Of a stretch of 64,000 bases of DNA, positions 63,310 through 64,000 are shown one piece after another. Origin of the DNA: Kiritimatiellia bacterium. Its GTDB lineage: Bacteria > Verrucomicrobiota > Kiritimatiellia > RFP12 > UBA1067. The notes below the pieces were generated by a model. The model was given only the letters and a program-made list of their open reading frames with translations, made no database searches and was not told where the DNA came from. A program made the translations under genes and the position numbers. The stretch is taken from contig JAEDKA010000011.1 of NCBI GenBank assembly GCA_016296065.1, positions 12,792 to 76,791 of the forward strand, read 5' to 3'. The first letter of the stretch is position 1, and each line of letters begins with the position of its first letter.

Positions 63310-63367
63310 GCTTCCATTATACCAAAACCGGCATCGTCACAACATACCCAGTCGGGTACTAATCAAG
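63263..63367. repeat. Promoter + signal-peptide cassette, copy 2
   Basis: See 23101-23205. Confidence 0.7.
63310..63359 (-). promoter_or_regulatory. Leaderless-type promoter with perfect palindrome TACCCAGTCGGGTA
   Basis: GTACCCGACTGGGTAT-N22-TATAAT-GGAAGC-ATG. Hexamer 63316-63321, palindrome 63345-63358. Confidence 0.6.
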
Positions 63368-63462
63368 GGCCATATTCCGAATCGGGGGAGCTCAAAGCAG
63401 GCGATCCGCAGGAATGACCGCGTCAAAGCCATGCTCGGCCTCCGCGCCAATCTCGCGCCGTC

Positions 63463-63617
63463 TCTTTATCTCAAAGACATTTCGCAAGCTGCATGGGCTA
63501 CTAATCGACATTTTGCAGATTAGCAGCCCATATTCAGGCCAATCACCGCAGATTTCGGGTTACTAAACGACAAAATGCCGTTTTACAGCCCAAGGCTAAA
63601 CAGGACCTCATAGATTC
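63463..63617. repeat. 155-bp insertion specific to duplication copy 2, carrying two related 35-nt hairpin units
   Basis: Unit 1 at 63495-63529 is gggctactaatc-N11-gattagcagccc. Unit 2 at 63557-63591 is gggttactaaacgacaaaatgccgttttacagccc. A related half-site gggtactaatcaag lies at 63354-63367. Confidence 0.6.
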
Positions 63618-63682
63618 CGGTTTGACGTGCGAAACAGTCATGTGATACAATGTGCACAATTTAATGGACATTGAACATCACC

Positions 63683-64000
63683 ATGAAACTTGAAGCGATA
63701 AAAGGCGAATTCTCCGTATGCAAGGTAGCGGACTACTCACTCACAGACCTCTCCGCACCTTTCGTGTTCACTGGCGCGACGGACGAGGAACGATCGCTCG
63801 TGTGTCCGACAGTGTCCGTCCCGGAAAACACGACCGACCGCGACGACGGCTGGCGCGCGTTCCGCGTCATGGGCACACTCGACTTCTCGCTCACCGGCAT
63901 TCTCGCGCGACTGTCCGCCGTACTCGCCGAGAACAAGATCGGGATATTCGCCGTATCCACATTCAACACAGACTACATCCTCACCAAGAGCGCCAATTTC
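63683..64000 (+). CDS. ACT-domain protein, second copy (runs off the right edge)
   Basis: DNA identical to 24031-24348. Promoter copy at 63622-63651. Absent from the ORF track because no stop lies in the window. Confidence 0.75.
   Translation, partial: MKLEAIKGEFSVCKVADYSLTDLSAPFVFTGATDEERSLVCPTVSVPENTTDRDDGWRAFRVMGTLDFSLTGILARLSAVLAENKIGIFAVSTFNTDYILTKSANF

Noticed and set aside
1-64000. tRNA, rRNA and tmRNA genes.
   Set aside because: Scanning by eye found no T-loop GTTCGAATC/GTTCAAATC contexts with acceptor-stem pairing and no rRNA-like conserved blocks. All long non-coding stretches are explained by promoters or repeats. A tRNAscan/Infernal run would be needed for certainty.

Overview
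High-GC (about 60-65 %) bacterial chromosomal window. Almost all of it is a glycan-utilisation super-locus. The many autotransporter-associated beta-strand (PATR) giant proteins and the absence of any SusC/SusD or TonB-receptor genes suggest a PVC-group organism (Lentisphaerota, Kiritimatiellota or Verrucomicrobiota-like); this is inference only. Supported content: (i) a long minus-strand run at 0.4-23.1 kb with a TolC-like fragment, a NarL-type two-component system, a 2013-aa esterase/PATR protein, a GH43-like protein, a GH2, a GH2-GH106 fusion and a 2163-aa GH27-GH78-CE4-GH106 enzyme. (ii) Two tandem GH95-like genes. (iii) A lower-GC, rearranged accessory patch at 30.2-33.6 kb with a PIN toxin, an ATPase carrying a nuclease-like C-terminus, permuted repeats and four gene fragments. 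(iv) A GH51/PATR-LamG/isomerase/MFS/aldolase/kinase operon. (v) An ADH/FruK/GDPD/GlpT-like/metallophosphoesterase operon with a divergent XylR-like regulator. (vi) GH39, a lyase-like protein, a second PATR protein followed by a kinase lacking its ATPase domain plus a response regulator, and a GH35-SASA fusion. No rRNA, tRNA or CRISPR array was seen. Main non-genic signals: TAnAAT boxes exactly 6 nt before the ATG of 10 genes, which is leaderless-type geometry. A C/G palindrome ending GGKAT lies exactly 22 nt upstream of the -10 box at about 10 promoters, and an identical 14-bp palindrome occurs at three of them. There is also a REP-like hairpin family, a MITE-like element, and about 1 kb of direct repeats that bracket a roughly 40-kb block. 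All calls rest on reading the sequence and recalling family motifs; no database search was run.
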